The notes beneath the pieces are model-generated. The model saw only the letters and a list, made by a program, of their open reading frames with translations. It was not told where the DNA came from and ran no database searches. 64,000 nucleotides of DNA from assembly GCA_964016885.1 (NCBI GenBank), contig OZ024743.1, positions 45,198,001 to 45,262,000 of the forward strand. The letters are read 5' to 3'. This document shows positions 44,682 to 57,300 of this stretch, in pieces (positions within the stretch are counted from its first letter, which is position 1; each line of letters begins with the position of its first letter). The DNA is from Eledone cirrhosa (lineage: Eukaryota). Made by a program: the position numbers and the translations under genes.

Positions 44682-47600
44682 TTAAATAAACATATTTTCC
44701 TTATTTATTCGTATTTGTTCTGTTGTATTGTTAGCACAAATGTAAAATGGGAAGACTTGGAATTTGGGTGTCTTATTACTTGCGCAAATGTCTAGATGTG
44801 CGCTTAGTGGTATCTGTCTCGTGGTTGGATCTCGTAATTGTTGGCGATGAACTGTCATTCTGTTTCTGAGGTTGAGTTTAGTTTGTCCTATATAATCTTC
44901 ATTGTATCCTTTACATTTAATGGCATAAATTAAATTTTTTGATGAGCAAGTGAAGTGATTTTTTACGGCAAAATGTTGTCCTGATTTAAATGTATATGTG
45001 TTGCCTTCAATGAGGTGAGTGCAGGTTCCACAATTAGAGCGACGACATTTTTTGACAGTTGGTTGTGGGTTTGTGGTAGGTAATTTGGCATTGGTGAGTA
45101 ATGTTTTCAGTGATTTCGGTTGTCTTTTGCTTTTGATTATTTTGTGTGTTTCAAGGGCTTTTTTCATTCTTGGATCTTGTTTTAGTAGTGGGATGTTCTT
45201 GTGAATAGTATTGTAAGCTTCCGCATTTCTTGGGTTGTGTATTGAAATATATGATATAATATTGGACGTACCTTGAATTTGTTTCTGTTTTCGTAATTCA
45301 TCAATGATTATTGCTTTAGCCCTTTCTATTCCATTATTTATTTGTAATGGTGGGTACTGTCTTTCGAGTAGAATTTCCTTTAATTCTTGAAGTCTTTTAT
45401 TTCGCGTTTCATAATTGGAGATAATTGTGCACATTCTTCTTGCTAGGTTAAAAGGAATGTTCGTCTTTGCGTGCTTTGGATAGTTGGAGGTGAATAGCAG
45501 GTATTGTTTGGAATCTGTTGGTTTGTAGTGTATGTCAGTTTCAATATTTGTGTCTTTTTTTAAGATTATGATGTCCAGAAATGGGAGTTGATCTTGGCTG
45601 TATTCCATTGTGAACTGGATGTGGTTATTGATGCCATTAATTAATTTTTTTAAATCATTCAGTTGGTCGAGTGTATGGGATCAAATAATGAGACAATCAT
45701 CCAAGTAGCGTTTCCAATTCTCTGATAAATATTTGTGGAAGTTCAATCCGTATTTTGATTTGGACTGTTCATATATCTGGACTTCTAAGTATGCCATGAC
45801 TAAGTTGGCATAAGTTGGAGCGGCTTTTGTACCCATCGCAGTCCCCGATATTTGCTTGCAAGTACTGCCATCGAAATCAAAAAAGTTGTTCTGTAAAATG
45901 TTAATCCCTCGGTGATGAAGCTTTTTTCTATTCTGCCAGGTATCTCATTGGGATATTTCTCTAGCCAGAATCCTATTGCTTCTATTCCGTGTTGGTGTGG
46001 GATCGTTGCGTAGAGATTCACTACATCGAAAGACACAATAATAATGTCGTTGTTGAAATGTTTGGGGAGGTTGTTTAAGAGGTCCAGATCGTCTCTTACA
46101 AGGATTGGTATGTGTTTGAGAATTGGTTTTAGTAGTATGTCTATAAAATTGCTCATTCTGTGTGTTTCACATTGTGGGCCCGCTACAATTGGTCTTAATT
46201 TAAGGTCTGTTGGGTATTGTGTGTTCACTACAGGCATCGTTAATTATTTTACACTTGTGGATCTTCGGAAGTCCGTAAAGGTTGCTGGTTTTGTATTCAA
46301 AATGTGTTAAATAATCGCGTTCCTTTTTAGTTAAGTCTCCCTGGTATCGACAAATCAGTGTGTTTAATCTGGTCATTGTTTTTGATTGCTGGTAGTTTTT
46401 TTCCTCTTTCATGGTAATTAGTATTTTGTAAGAGAGAGAACATAGAATTTTTATATTTTTCAGCATCCATAATGACAACAGTACTTCCCTTGTCCGCTTC
46501 CTTAATTATAATGTCCGTATTGTTTTTTTAGTTCATGGATAATCTCCCACTCCCTTCGACTCGTGTTGGGTTTGGGTTTAGGTTGCGGTAGTTCATGGTA
46601 TGGGAAAGTAGCTTTGTGGTCAAAAAGTTTGTCCAGAACTCTGTTTCTACCTTTTGTTGGGTTGTAGCTGCTTTTATTCCGTACAATTGATTGGTCGTTA
46701 TTCTCCTTGTCAAAAAATTCCTCTGTGAGACGTAATTTTCTACAGAATTGTGAGATATCGTAATTTATCTCATTGAGGTTAGAGTATTGTGGTGTTGGTG
46801 TGAATTTCAGTCCTTTGGAGAGAATTTTAACTTGTTGGGCTGAGAGGTTTGTATTTGAAAGGTTGATTATTTTCAGTTTTTCAAAATCAGTTTGTGCCAC
46901 CGGGTGTCGTGGGTCCTGTAGCCTTTGTCTAAAAAATGATTTTTCTGGAATGTTTTTTCAATGGTATTATTATATCTAATGGCATTTCCCCTGTTGTTGT
47001 GTGGTATTGTATAGAAGTTTCTGACGTATTGAGGTTCGGTTTGTTGATAGTCCGGGTTGTAGATTTTGTTCCTTTGTGTGGGTTGTGATCTACGATTTTG
47101 GAACAGGTTCTGTGTGGTCAGGGGTCTACGGTTTGGGAATAGGTTTTGTGTGGGTTGTGATCTGCGGATCGGGTCCTGTCTTGTGTTGGGGGATCTTCAG
47201 TTTTTGTTAGTAGGGTTATAGTTTTGTCTATGGGTTCTGGGATTATCGTCATAGTTTTTCTGGGGGTATGTTGGACGCTTTGTTACTTTTTTTGTTATTT
47301 GTTGTGCATGTGGTGTGTGAGTTTTAGTTTGTTTTAAAAATGGGTTTCCTGTATGTTGTTCATTTTTGAAATCCATTTCGTAGTTGTTGAACCAGGTGGC
47401 GTTTTGTTTCCATCGCTGGAGGGATGTTAGTTCTTCATCCTCACAATTTTCTTTCCAAAGTTTTAAAGTTTTTTCATAGAGTAGACCTTCAGAGTGCCTT
47501 GAGATTTTTGTTTCCATCTGTTGGTCGAGTGACTTGAATTTTTCTTCGTTGAAGTTGGATCTTAACCACAACAGTTCTATTTCTATTTTAAATTGTTCTG

Positions 47601-48069
47601 ACGCCATCTTTTCTCGAAGCCTTTGTTGGTTTTCTGGTTTATTCGGGATGGGTTTTATTTGGAGTTTTTGGGGGAGAATGATTGGGGTAGAGTTTAGCCT
47701 CTTTTCATATATGTCTGCCTTGCCATTATTTTTTAGGAGATTCCAAAAGGCGAATTTGCGGGCTGTGAGCTTTTGAGTCCATATATTGATTAGGGTGTTT
47801 TACATTGAGTGGATATCTCGTAGATTGGGTTCTAATGGTTGTTCCAGCATTTGGAGCATTGCTGTTTCAATGTTTTCGATTAGTTTAGTTAATGCTGGAG
47901 TAATATTCGTCTCTTGGGTATTTTCTGTTTCTTCGTGGGGTCCTTTTTTATAGATATGTATTTGGTCCACTTCGTTGGTCAAAATTGAAAGTTTAGAGGG
48001 AATCTCTTTGAGTTCATTTAAGATGTCCTGGTTCAGTGAGTTGTTATTTTGTTGAGACTTTGGTGGCAT
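44682..48069 (-). pseudogene. PLE polyprotein: RT, Cys linker and GIY-YIG endonuclease (frameshifted)
   Basis: LSKGLKFTPTP, LYGLPKIHK, LRPIVAG, FDVVNLY, GTAMGT, WKRYLDD, LPFLD, HYKPTD, KC..NC.TC, NLIYAIKC..YIGQT..RM..H. Confidence 0.92.
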
Positions 48070-48976
48070 TTTCGATCGACGTGTGGTGGGTATGTATTAG
48101 AAAGTGAGGTTTTTTTACAAAATGAAAAATAACCGAGATGTCCTATACGAGTGAAAGTATAAAGAAAAAAGATGAAATCGAAAATGCAACTGGATGTTAT
48201 TTTTTTTAAATATATATATTTATTTGGTTCCATTACTGGTTTCGCAGTTCTTCTGCTTTTCAAAAGTAGAGTTGAGATTTTCTCAACATCTGGTTGGTCT
48301 TCGAATGTTACTTGTTTTATATGGAAAAAAGTGACTCGAAACGCCAGGTCGTTTGAGAAGTAATTTGATTGGTTGCTGAATAAGTATAATAAATTTAATA
48401 AATTTCGCGCCAGTTCGCGTTACAAAGTTCTTGAAAAAAAGGGGGAGTGAAGTTTGGTTGGTTGATGCAGTTACGTGAATAAGCACATCAGCTTTCGCGC
48501 CAGTTTGTTTGAATTTCTTTTTACTTAAAAAAGGGGCTCGCGAAGGCTTTTTTTAATAAATGTAATTTGATTGGTTATGAATGAAATTATGGTTGTCACG
48601 TGAACAAGTTCATTAAATTTCGCGCCCGTATTTGTGAAGTTATTTTGTAGCCCTTTAGAGAATTTTATGACAATGAAAAGATAATGGTCAAGAGAAATGG
48701 GATGGGCAGAATTGTTCTGGTTCAGTGAATATGGCAGGTTGTTTTTTCATATATGAGTGAAGTCAAAAATAACCTTAGCACCCCCCTCCCTTGTTTGAAG
48801 AACTTTGTAACGCGAACTGGTGCGAAATTTAATAAATTAATTATACTTATTCACCAACCAATCAAATTACTTCTCTAAAAACCTAGCGTTTCGAGCCACT
48901 TTTTCCATATAAAACAAGTAACATTCAAAGACCAACCTGATGTGAGAAAAACCACAGAGCCTCCATCTCAACTCTA

Positions 48977-49012
48977 CTTTTGAAAAGCAGAAGAACTGCG
49001 AAACGAATAAAG
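48977..49012 (+). ncRNA. Variant minimal HHR (U3-A8 core) in pLTR; copies at 48231-48266 (-) and 43512-43548 (-)
   Basis: Consensus of three copies: ctt-TTGAAAA-gcag(aagaa)ctgc-GAAA-CCGG-TA-aag. Confidence 0.65.
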
Positions 49013-49080
49013 GAACCAAATAAAAATATATATTTTTTTAAAAATAAGACTCCAGTTGCATTTTCGATTTCATCTTTTTT

Positions 49081-49165
<85 letters not shown>

Positions 49166-49171
49166 AATATA

Positions 49172-49203
<32 letters not shown>

Positions 49204-49217
49204 ATAATATATATTTT

Positions 49218-49327
<110 letters not shown>

Positions 49328-49343
49328 TATATATATACATATT

Positions 49344-49392
<49 letters not shown>

Positions 49393-49394
<2 letters not shown>

Positions 49395-50212
49395 ATGGAA
49401 GGTAGACTTAATAACTCATAGTGAAACCCTGTAATTAACAAGCCCTATGTATAAATACTGAGCATTATAATAATATATGCAGTAATAAACACAGTAAATC
49501 GTGTGTTTAATATTACGAGGGTTGAAGAACCATATTTGTTTGAAATATTCAACCATGAAACAGACAGAATGATAAAAATATTTATACAGACCGCCTCATT
49601 AACGATTACATCTCCTCGACAGATTAAGGGTTAATCTGTTTTGCCCTGAGCGTGTTTGTAACAGATAATCCATGGGCATCATCAGCGGGAGATTCTGATT
49701 AAATGCGACAAACACCTAATGCTAACAGTCACACAAAAATGAATACCTCACCTCGTGTGCCGCAAGTCAAAAGTGGTGTGAGTGGATTGGCCTGAAATAA
49801 CAGCCCAATACACACAACTTATAAGCTCGCCTAGGAAGGGAGCCGAAACATAAATGAAAGGTAGAATTAATAACTCATACTGAAACCTTCTAATTAACAA
49901 GCTCAAAGTATAAATACTGGACATTGCGGAACACGAGGTGAAGGATTCACTTTTTTGTGTGACTGTTAGCATTAGGTGTTTGTCGCATTTAATCAAATTC
50001 TCTGGCTGATGATACCCATGGATTATCTGTTACAAACACCCTCAGGGCGAAACAGATTAACCCATAATCTGTCTGGGAGATGTAATCGTTAATGAGGCGG
50101 TCTGTATAAATATTTTTATCATTCTGTCTGTTTCATGGTTGAATATTTCAAACAAATGTGGTTCTTCAACTCTCGTAATATTAGACACACGATTTACTGT
50201 GTTTATTACTGC

Positions 50213-50222
<10 letters not shown>
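49393..50222. mobile_element. Fold-back/partial-tandem element with ~285-bp arms
   Basis: ~49468-49755 is the reverse complement of ~49934-50221. 49396-49460 is repeated at 49855-49919. Microsatellite flanks. Confidence 0.85.
49997..50081 (+). ncRNA. Type I HHR with full 7-bp stem III (inverted copy at 49609-49693)
   Basis: CTGATGA-t(g/a)ccc...gggc-GAAA-cagatta(accca)taatctg-TC; stem I atctcccg/cgggagat reconstructed from the two copies. Confidence 0.7.
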
Positions 50223-50311
<89 letters not shown>

Positions 50312-50844
50312 TGTGAGAGAGAAAAGGTGAAGTTGGAAATATATTTAAGTGTCTGTTTTTCTTTTTTTATCCTTTCTTTGATTCATCAAAAGTGACATTA
50401 TTGAGACGATGACATTATTGAAAAAATGAGAGGGACAGTTCTTTTAAAAAAGAGTTTTATAATGTATATAATGTATATAAATTATAACCGGTTTCGATGT
50501 ATTATTAAATTTCATCTTAAAATAAAAAATTAAAATGGATTAATAGGGGTTAAAAACTAAATATTAAAGATTTAAAATTAAAATCAAATGTTGGAGTATG
50601 TTTTTTCCCATCTTTCTTATAGTGCTTATATATAGGCACGTTTTTATAGCGCCTATATATATAGGCACTAAATAGAATATATATTTCTGTAATGTATATG
50701 TACATAGAGACATACATATATATATATATAGAGAGAGAGAGATAGAGAGAGATAGATAGATAGATAGAGAGAGAGAGAGGGGGAGAGAGAAGAGCTAAAC
50801 CGATATAAGTTAATTTAAATATTCAAATACATGCCTAAGTTGGG

Positions 50845-51321
50845 AATGAGGGGAAGCCTACTGTAAAGGAAGAGGCATTATGTTGCACATACTTGTAAGC
50901 TGCAACGTTACACTTAGTCGGGTCCTCACAACATTAGTTGGCATTGTGGAGCAGGATATGTAGAAAACATGCAGGAAATCCGAAAGACCGGGGAAAATAA
51001 GTTGCATTTCTCATTCAATATGGCTAAGAAGAAATTCCTTTAGGAGGCACCATCACCAGAAATTAAGGAGGAACACGATAAAAAGCAATGCAATTTTCCA
51101 AAGTCGTTCAATGAGCCACGAGGATTGACGAGGATATATGGTCTGAGAAGGCAAAGATGATCGATCAGATTGAATTGACAGCTTCGTGGAAAGAAGGAAT
51201 CGTGAATGTCTCGTAGAGGAAAGCTACTAGGACCTTACAAATTAATTTAGAGGTAAGTATCTTGATTTTTCCAGTTGAGGATTTTCCCGGCACTGGCTGT
51301 GTTGATGAGGTTTATAGCTTA
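50845..51321 (+). mobile_element. Decayed RLE non-LTR retrotransposon 3' fragment (Hero/NeSL-like)
   Basis: YCKGRG..LHILVSC..L (Zn knuckle), IWSEKAK...IELT.SW.E....*RK, FPVE..F.G; resembles the IELTVPWEE..ERK..KY..VEVG.RGF pattern. Confidence 0.6.
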
Positions 51322-54300
51322 GAGATTCTAGTCTATCACCCAAGTAGACCAACGGAACTTTATGAGATTCTAGTCTATCACCCAAGTAGGCTAACAGAAC
51401 GTTATGAGATTCTAGTCTATCACCCAAGTAGACCAACGGAACTTTATGAGATTCTAGTCTATCACCCAAGTAGGCTAACAGAACGTTATGAGATTCTAGT
51501 CTATCACCCAAGTAGGCTAACAGAACTTTATGAGATTCTAGTCTATCACCCAAGTAGGCTAACAGAACTTTATGAGATTCTAGTCTATCACCCAAGTAGG
51601 CTAACAGAACTTTATGAGATTCTAGTCTATCACCCAAGTAGGCTAACAGAACTTTATGAGATTCTAGTCTATCACCCAAGTAGGCTAACAGAACTTTATG
51701 AGATTCTAGTCTATCACCCAAGTAGGCTAACAGAACTTTATGAGATTCTAGTCTATCACCCAAGTAGGCTAACAGAACTTTATGAGATTCTAGTCTATCA
51801 CCCAAGTAGGCTAACAGAACTTTATGAGATTCTAGTCTATCACCCAAGTAGGCTAACAGAACTTTATGAGATTCTAGTCTATCACCCAAGTAGGCTAACA
51901 GAACTTTATGAGATTCTAGTCTATCACCCGAGTAGGCTAACAGAACTTTATGAGATTCTAGTCTATCACCCAAGTAGACCAACAGAACTTTATGAGATTC
52001 TAGTCTATCACTCAAGTAGGCTAACAGAACTTTATGAGATTCTAGTCTATCACCCAAGTAGGCTAACAGAACTTTATGAGATTCTAGTCTATCACCCAAG
52101 TAGACCAACAGAACTTTATGAGATTCTAGTCTATCACCCAAGTAGACCAACAGAACTTTATGAGATTCTAGTCTATCACCCAAGTAGACCAACGGAACTT
52201 TATGAGATTCTAGTCTATCACCCAAGTAGACCAACGGAACTTTATGAGATTCTAGTCTATCACCCAAGTAGACCAACGGAACTTTATGAGATTCTAGTCT
52301 ATGAACCCAAGTAGGCTAACGGAACTTTATGAGATTCTAGTCTATCACCCAAGTAGACCAACGGAACTTTATGAGATTCTAGTCTATGAACCCAAGTAGG
52401 CCAACAGAACTTTATGAGATTCTAGTCTATCACCCAAGTAGACCAACGGAACTTTATGAGATCCTAGTCTATCACCCAAGTAGGCCAACAGAACTTTATG
52501 AGATTCTAGTCTATCACCCAAGTAGGCCAACAGAACTTTATGAGATTCTAGTCTATCACCCAAGTAAACCAACGGAACTTTATGAGATTCTAGTCTATCA
52601 CCCAAGTAGACCAACGGAACTTTATGAGATTCTAGTCTATCACCCAAGTAAACCAACGGAACTTTATGAGATTCTAGTCTATCACCCAAGTAGACCAACG
52701 GAACTTTATGAGATTCTAGTCTATCACCCAAGTAGACCAAAGGAACTTTATGAGATTCTAGTCTATCACCCAAGTAGGCCAACAGAACTTTATGAGATTC
52801 TAGTCTGTCACCCAAGTAGGCCAACAGAACTTTATGAGATTCTAGTCTATCACCCAAGTAGGCCAACAGAACTTTATGAGATTCTAGTCTATCACCCAAG
52901 TAGACCAACGGAACTTTATGAGATCCTAGTCTATCACCCAAGTAGACCAACGGAACGTTATGAGATTCTAGTCTATCACCCAAGTAGGCCAACAGAACTT
53001 TATGAGATTCTAGTCTATCACCCAAGTAGGCTAACAGAACTTTATGAGATTCTAGTCTATCACCCAAGTAGACCAACAGAACGTTATGAGATTCTAGTCT
53101 ATCACCCAAGTAGACCAACAGAACTTTATGAGATTCTAGTCTATCACCCAAGTAGGCCAACAGAACTTTATGAGATTCTAGTCTATCACCCAAGTAGGCT
53201 AACAGAACTTTATGAGATTCTAGTCTATCACCAAGTAGACCAACAGAACTTTATAAGATTCTAGTCTATCACCCAAGTAGACCAACAGAACGTTATGAGA
53301 TTCTAGTCTATCACCCAAGTAGACCAACGGAACTTTATGAGATTCTAGTCTATCACCCAAGTAGAGCAACAGAACTATATGAGATTCTAGTCTATCACCC
53401 AAGTAGACCAAAAGAACTTTATGAGATTCTATTCTATCACCCAAGTAGGCTAACAGAACGTTATGAGATTCTAGTCTATCACCCAAGTAGACCAAAAGAA
53501 CTTTATGAGATTCTAGTCTATCACCCAAGTAGGCTAACGGAACTTTATGAGATTCTAGTCTATCACCCAAGTAGGCTAACGGAACTTTATGAGATTCTAG
53601 TCTATCACCCAAGTAGGCTAACGGAACATTATGAGATTCTAGTCTATCACCCAAGTAGGCTAACGGAACTTTATGAGATTCTAGTCTATCACCCAAGTAG
53701 GCTAACGGAACTTTATGAGATTCTAGTCTATCACCCAAGTAGGCTAACGGAACTTTATGAGATTCTAGTCTATCACCCAAGTAGGCTAACAGAACGTTAT
53801 GAGATTCTAGTCTATCACCCAAGTAGGCTAACAGAACTTTATGAGATTCTAGTCTATCACCCAAGTAGGCTAACGGAACTTTATGAGATTCTAGTCTATC
53901 ACCCAAGTAGGCTAACGGAACTTTATGAGATTCTAGTCTATCACCCAAGTAGGCTAACAGAACGTTATGAGATTCTAGTCTATCACCCAAGTAGGCTAAC
54001 AGAACTTTATGAGATTCTAGTCTATCACCCAAGTAGACCAACAGAACTTTATGAGATCCTAGTCTATCCCCCAAGTAGACCAACAGAACTTTATGAGATT
54101 CTAGTCTATCACGCAAGTAGACCAACGGAACTTTATGAGATTCTAGTCTATCACCCAAGTAGGCTAACAGAACTTTATGAGATCCTAGTCTATCACCCAA
54201 GTAGACCAACGGAACTTTATGAGATTCTAGTCTATCACCCAAGTAGGCTAACAGAACTTTATGAGATCCTAGTCTATCACCCAAGTAGACCAACGGAACT

Positions 54301-57300
54301 TTATGAGATTCTAGTCTATCACCCAAGTAGGCTAACAGAACTTTATGAGATCCTAGTCTATCACCCAAGTAGACCAAAGGAACTTTATGAGATTCTAGTC
54401 TATCCCCCAAGTAGACCAACAGAACTTTATGAGATTCTAGTCTATCACGCAAGTAGACCAACGGAACTTTATGAGATTCTAGTCTATCACCCAAGTAGAC
54501 CAACAGAACTTTATGAGATTCTAGTCTATCACCCAAGTAGACCAACAGAACTTTATGAGATCCTAGTCTATCACCCAAATAGACCAACAGAACTTTATGA
54601 GATTCTAGTCTATCACACAAGTAGACCAACAGAACTTTATGAGATTCTAGTCTATCACCCAAGTAGGCTAACGGAACTTTATGAGATTCTAGTCTATCAC
54701 CCAAGTAGGCTAACGGAACTTTATGAGATTCTAGTCTATCACCCAAGTAGGCTAACAGAACTTTATGAGATTCTAGTCTATCACCCAAGTAGGCTAACGG
54801 AACTTTATGAGATTCTAGTCTATCACCCAAGTAGGCTAACAGAACTTTATGAGATTCTAGTCTATCACCCAAGTAGACCAACGGAACTTTATGAGATTCT
54901 AGTCTATCACCCAAGTACACCAACGGAACTTTATGCGATTCTAGTCTATCACCCATGTAGACCAACGCAACTTTATGAGATTCTAGTCTATCACCCAAGT
55001 AGACCAACGGAACTTTATGAGATTCTAGTCTATCACCCAAGTACACCAACGGAACTTTATGAGATTCTAGTCTATCACCCAAGTAGACCAACGGAACTTT
55101 ATGAGATTCTAGTCTATCACCCAAGTAGACCAACGCAACTTTATGAGATTCTAGTCTATCACCCAAGTAGACCAACGGAACTTTATGAGAGTCTAGTCTA
55201 TCACCCAAGTAGGCTAACGGAACTTTATGAGATTCTAGTCTATCACCCAAGTAGACCAACGGAACTTTATGAGATTCTAGTCTATCACCCAAGTAGGCTA
55301 ACGGAACTTTATGAGATTCTAGTCTATCACCCAAGTAGGCTAACAGAACTTTATGAGATTCTAGTCTATCACCCAAGTAGGCTAACAGAACTTTATGAGA
55401 TTCTAGTCTATCACCCAAGTAGGCTAACAGAACTTTATGAGATTCTAGTCTATCACCCAAGTAGACCAACGGAACTTTATGAGATTCTAGTCTATCACCC
55501 AAGTAGGCTAACGGAACTTTATGAGATTCTAGTCTATCACCCAAGTAGGCTAACAGAACTTTATGAGATTCTAGTCTATCACCCAAGTAGGCTAACAGAA
55601 CTTTATGAGATTCTAGTCTATCACCCAAGTAGGCTAACAGAACTTTATGAGATTCTACTCTATCACCCAAGTAGGCTAACAGAAGTTTATGAGATTCTAG
55701 TCTATCACCCAAGTAGGCTAACAGAACTTTATGAGATTCTAGTCTATCACCCAAGTAGGCTAACAGAACTTTATGAGATTCTAGTCTATCACCCAAGTAG
55801 ACCAACGGAACTATATGAGATTCTAGTCTATCACCCAAGTAGACCAACGGAACTTTATGAGATTCTAGTCTATCACCCAAGTAGGCTAACGGAACTTTAT
55901 GAGATTCTAGTCTATCACCCAAGTAGGCTAACAGAACTTTATGAGATTCTAGTCTATCACCCAAGTAGACCAACGGAACTTTATGAGATTCTAGTCTATC
56001 ACCCAAGTAGGCTAACGGAACTTTATGAGATTCTAGTCTATCACCCAAGTAGACCAAGGGAACTTTATGAGATTCTAGTCTATCACCCAAGTAGGCTAAC
56101 GGAACTTTATGAGATTCTAGTCTATCACCCAAGTAGACCAACGGAACTTTATGAGATTCTAGTCTATCACCCAAGTAGACCAACGGAACTTTATGAGATT
56201 CTAGTCTGTCACCCAAGTAGGCTAACGGAACTTTATGAGATTCTAGTCTATCACCCAAGTAGGCTAACGGTACTTTATGAGATTCTAGTCTATCACCCAA
56301 GTAGACCAACGGAACTTTATGAGATTCTAGACTATCACCCAAGTAGACCAACAGAACTTTATGAGATTCTAGTCTATCACCCAAGTAGAGCAACAGAACT
56401 ATATGAGATTCTAGTCTATCACCCAAGTAGACCAAAAGAACTTTATGAGATTCTAGTCTATCACCCAAGTAGACCAAAAGAACTTTATGAGATTCTAGTC
56501 TATCACCCAAGTAGACCAAAAGAACTTTATGAGATTCTAGTCTATCACCCAAGTAGACCAAAAGAACTTTATGAGATTCTAGTCTATCACCCAAGTAGGC
56601 CAAAAGAACTTTATGAGATTCTAGTCTATCACCCAAGTAGACCAAAAGAACTTTATGAGATTCTAGTCTATCACCCAAGTAGGCTAACAGAACTTTATGA
56701 GATTCTAGTCTATCACCCAAGTAGGCTAACAGAACTTTATGAGATTCTAGTCTATCACCCAAGTAGGCCAAAAGAACTTTATGAGATTCTAGTCTATCAC
56801 CCAAGTAGACCAAAAGAACTTTATGAGATTCTAGTCTATCACCCAAGTAGGCTAACAGAACTTTATGAGATTCTAGTCTATCACCCAAGTAGACCAAAAG
56901 AACTTTATGAGATTCTAGTCTATCACCCAAGTAGGCTAACGGAACTTTATGAGATTCTAGTCTATCACCCAAGTAGAGCAACAGAACTATATGAGATTCT
57001 AGTCTATCACCCAAGTAGACCAACGGAACTTTATGAGATTCTAGTCTATCACCCAAGTAGACCAACGGAACTTTATGAGATTCTAGACTATCACCCAAGT
57101 AGACCAACAGAACTTTATGAGATTCTAGTCTATCACCCAAGTAGAGCAACAGAACTATATGAGATTCTAGTCTATCACCCAAGTAGACCAAAAGAACTTT
57201 ATGAGATTCTAGTCTATCACCCAAGTAGGCTAACAGAACTTTATGAGATTCTAGTCTATCACCCAAGTAGACCAAAAGAACTTTATGAGATTCTAGTCTA

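Larger units (their letters stand above)
43378..49085 (-). mobile_element. Near-full-length Neptune-type Penelope-like retroelement with direct pLTRs and a 5' inverted pLTR piece, in (TA)n
   Basis: pLTRs 43378-44063 and 48098-48735 are direct repeats. 48780-49085 is an inverted copy of ~43440-43745. Long (TA)n on both sides. Confidence 0.92.

Noticed and set aside
51300-51400. Satellite monomer as a hammerhead (TTTATGA...hairpin...CGGAAC; TTGATGA at the junction)
   Set aside because: Core positions are wrong and stems I and III are absent; origin from the adjacent retroelement is simpler.
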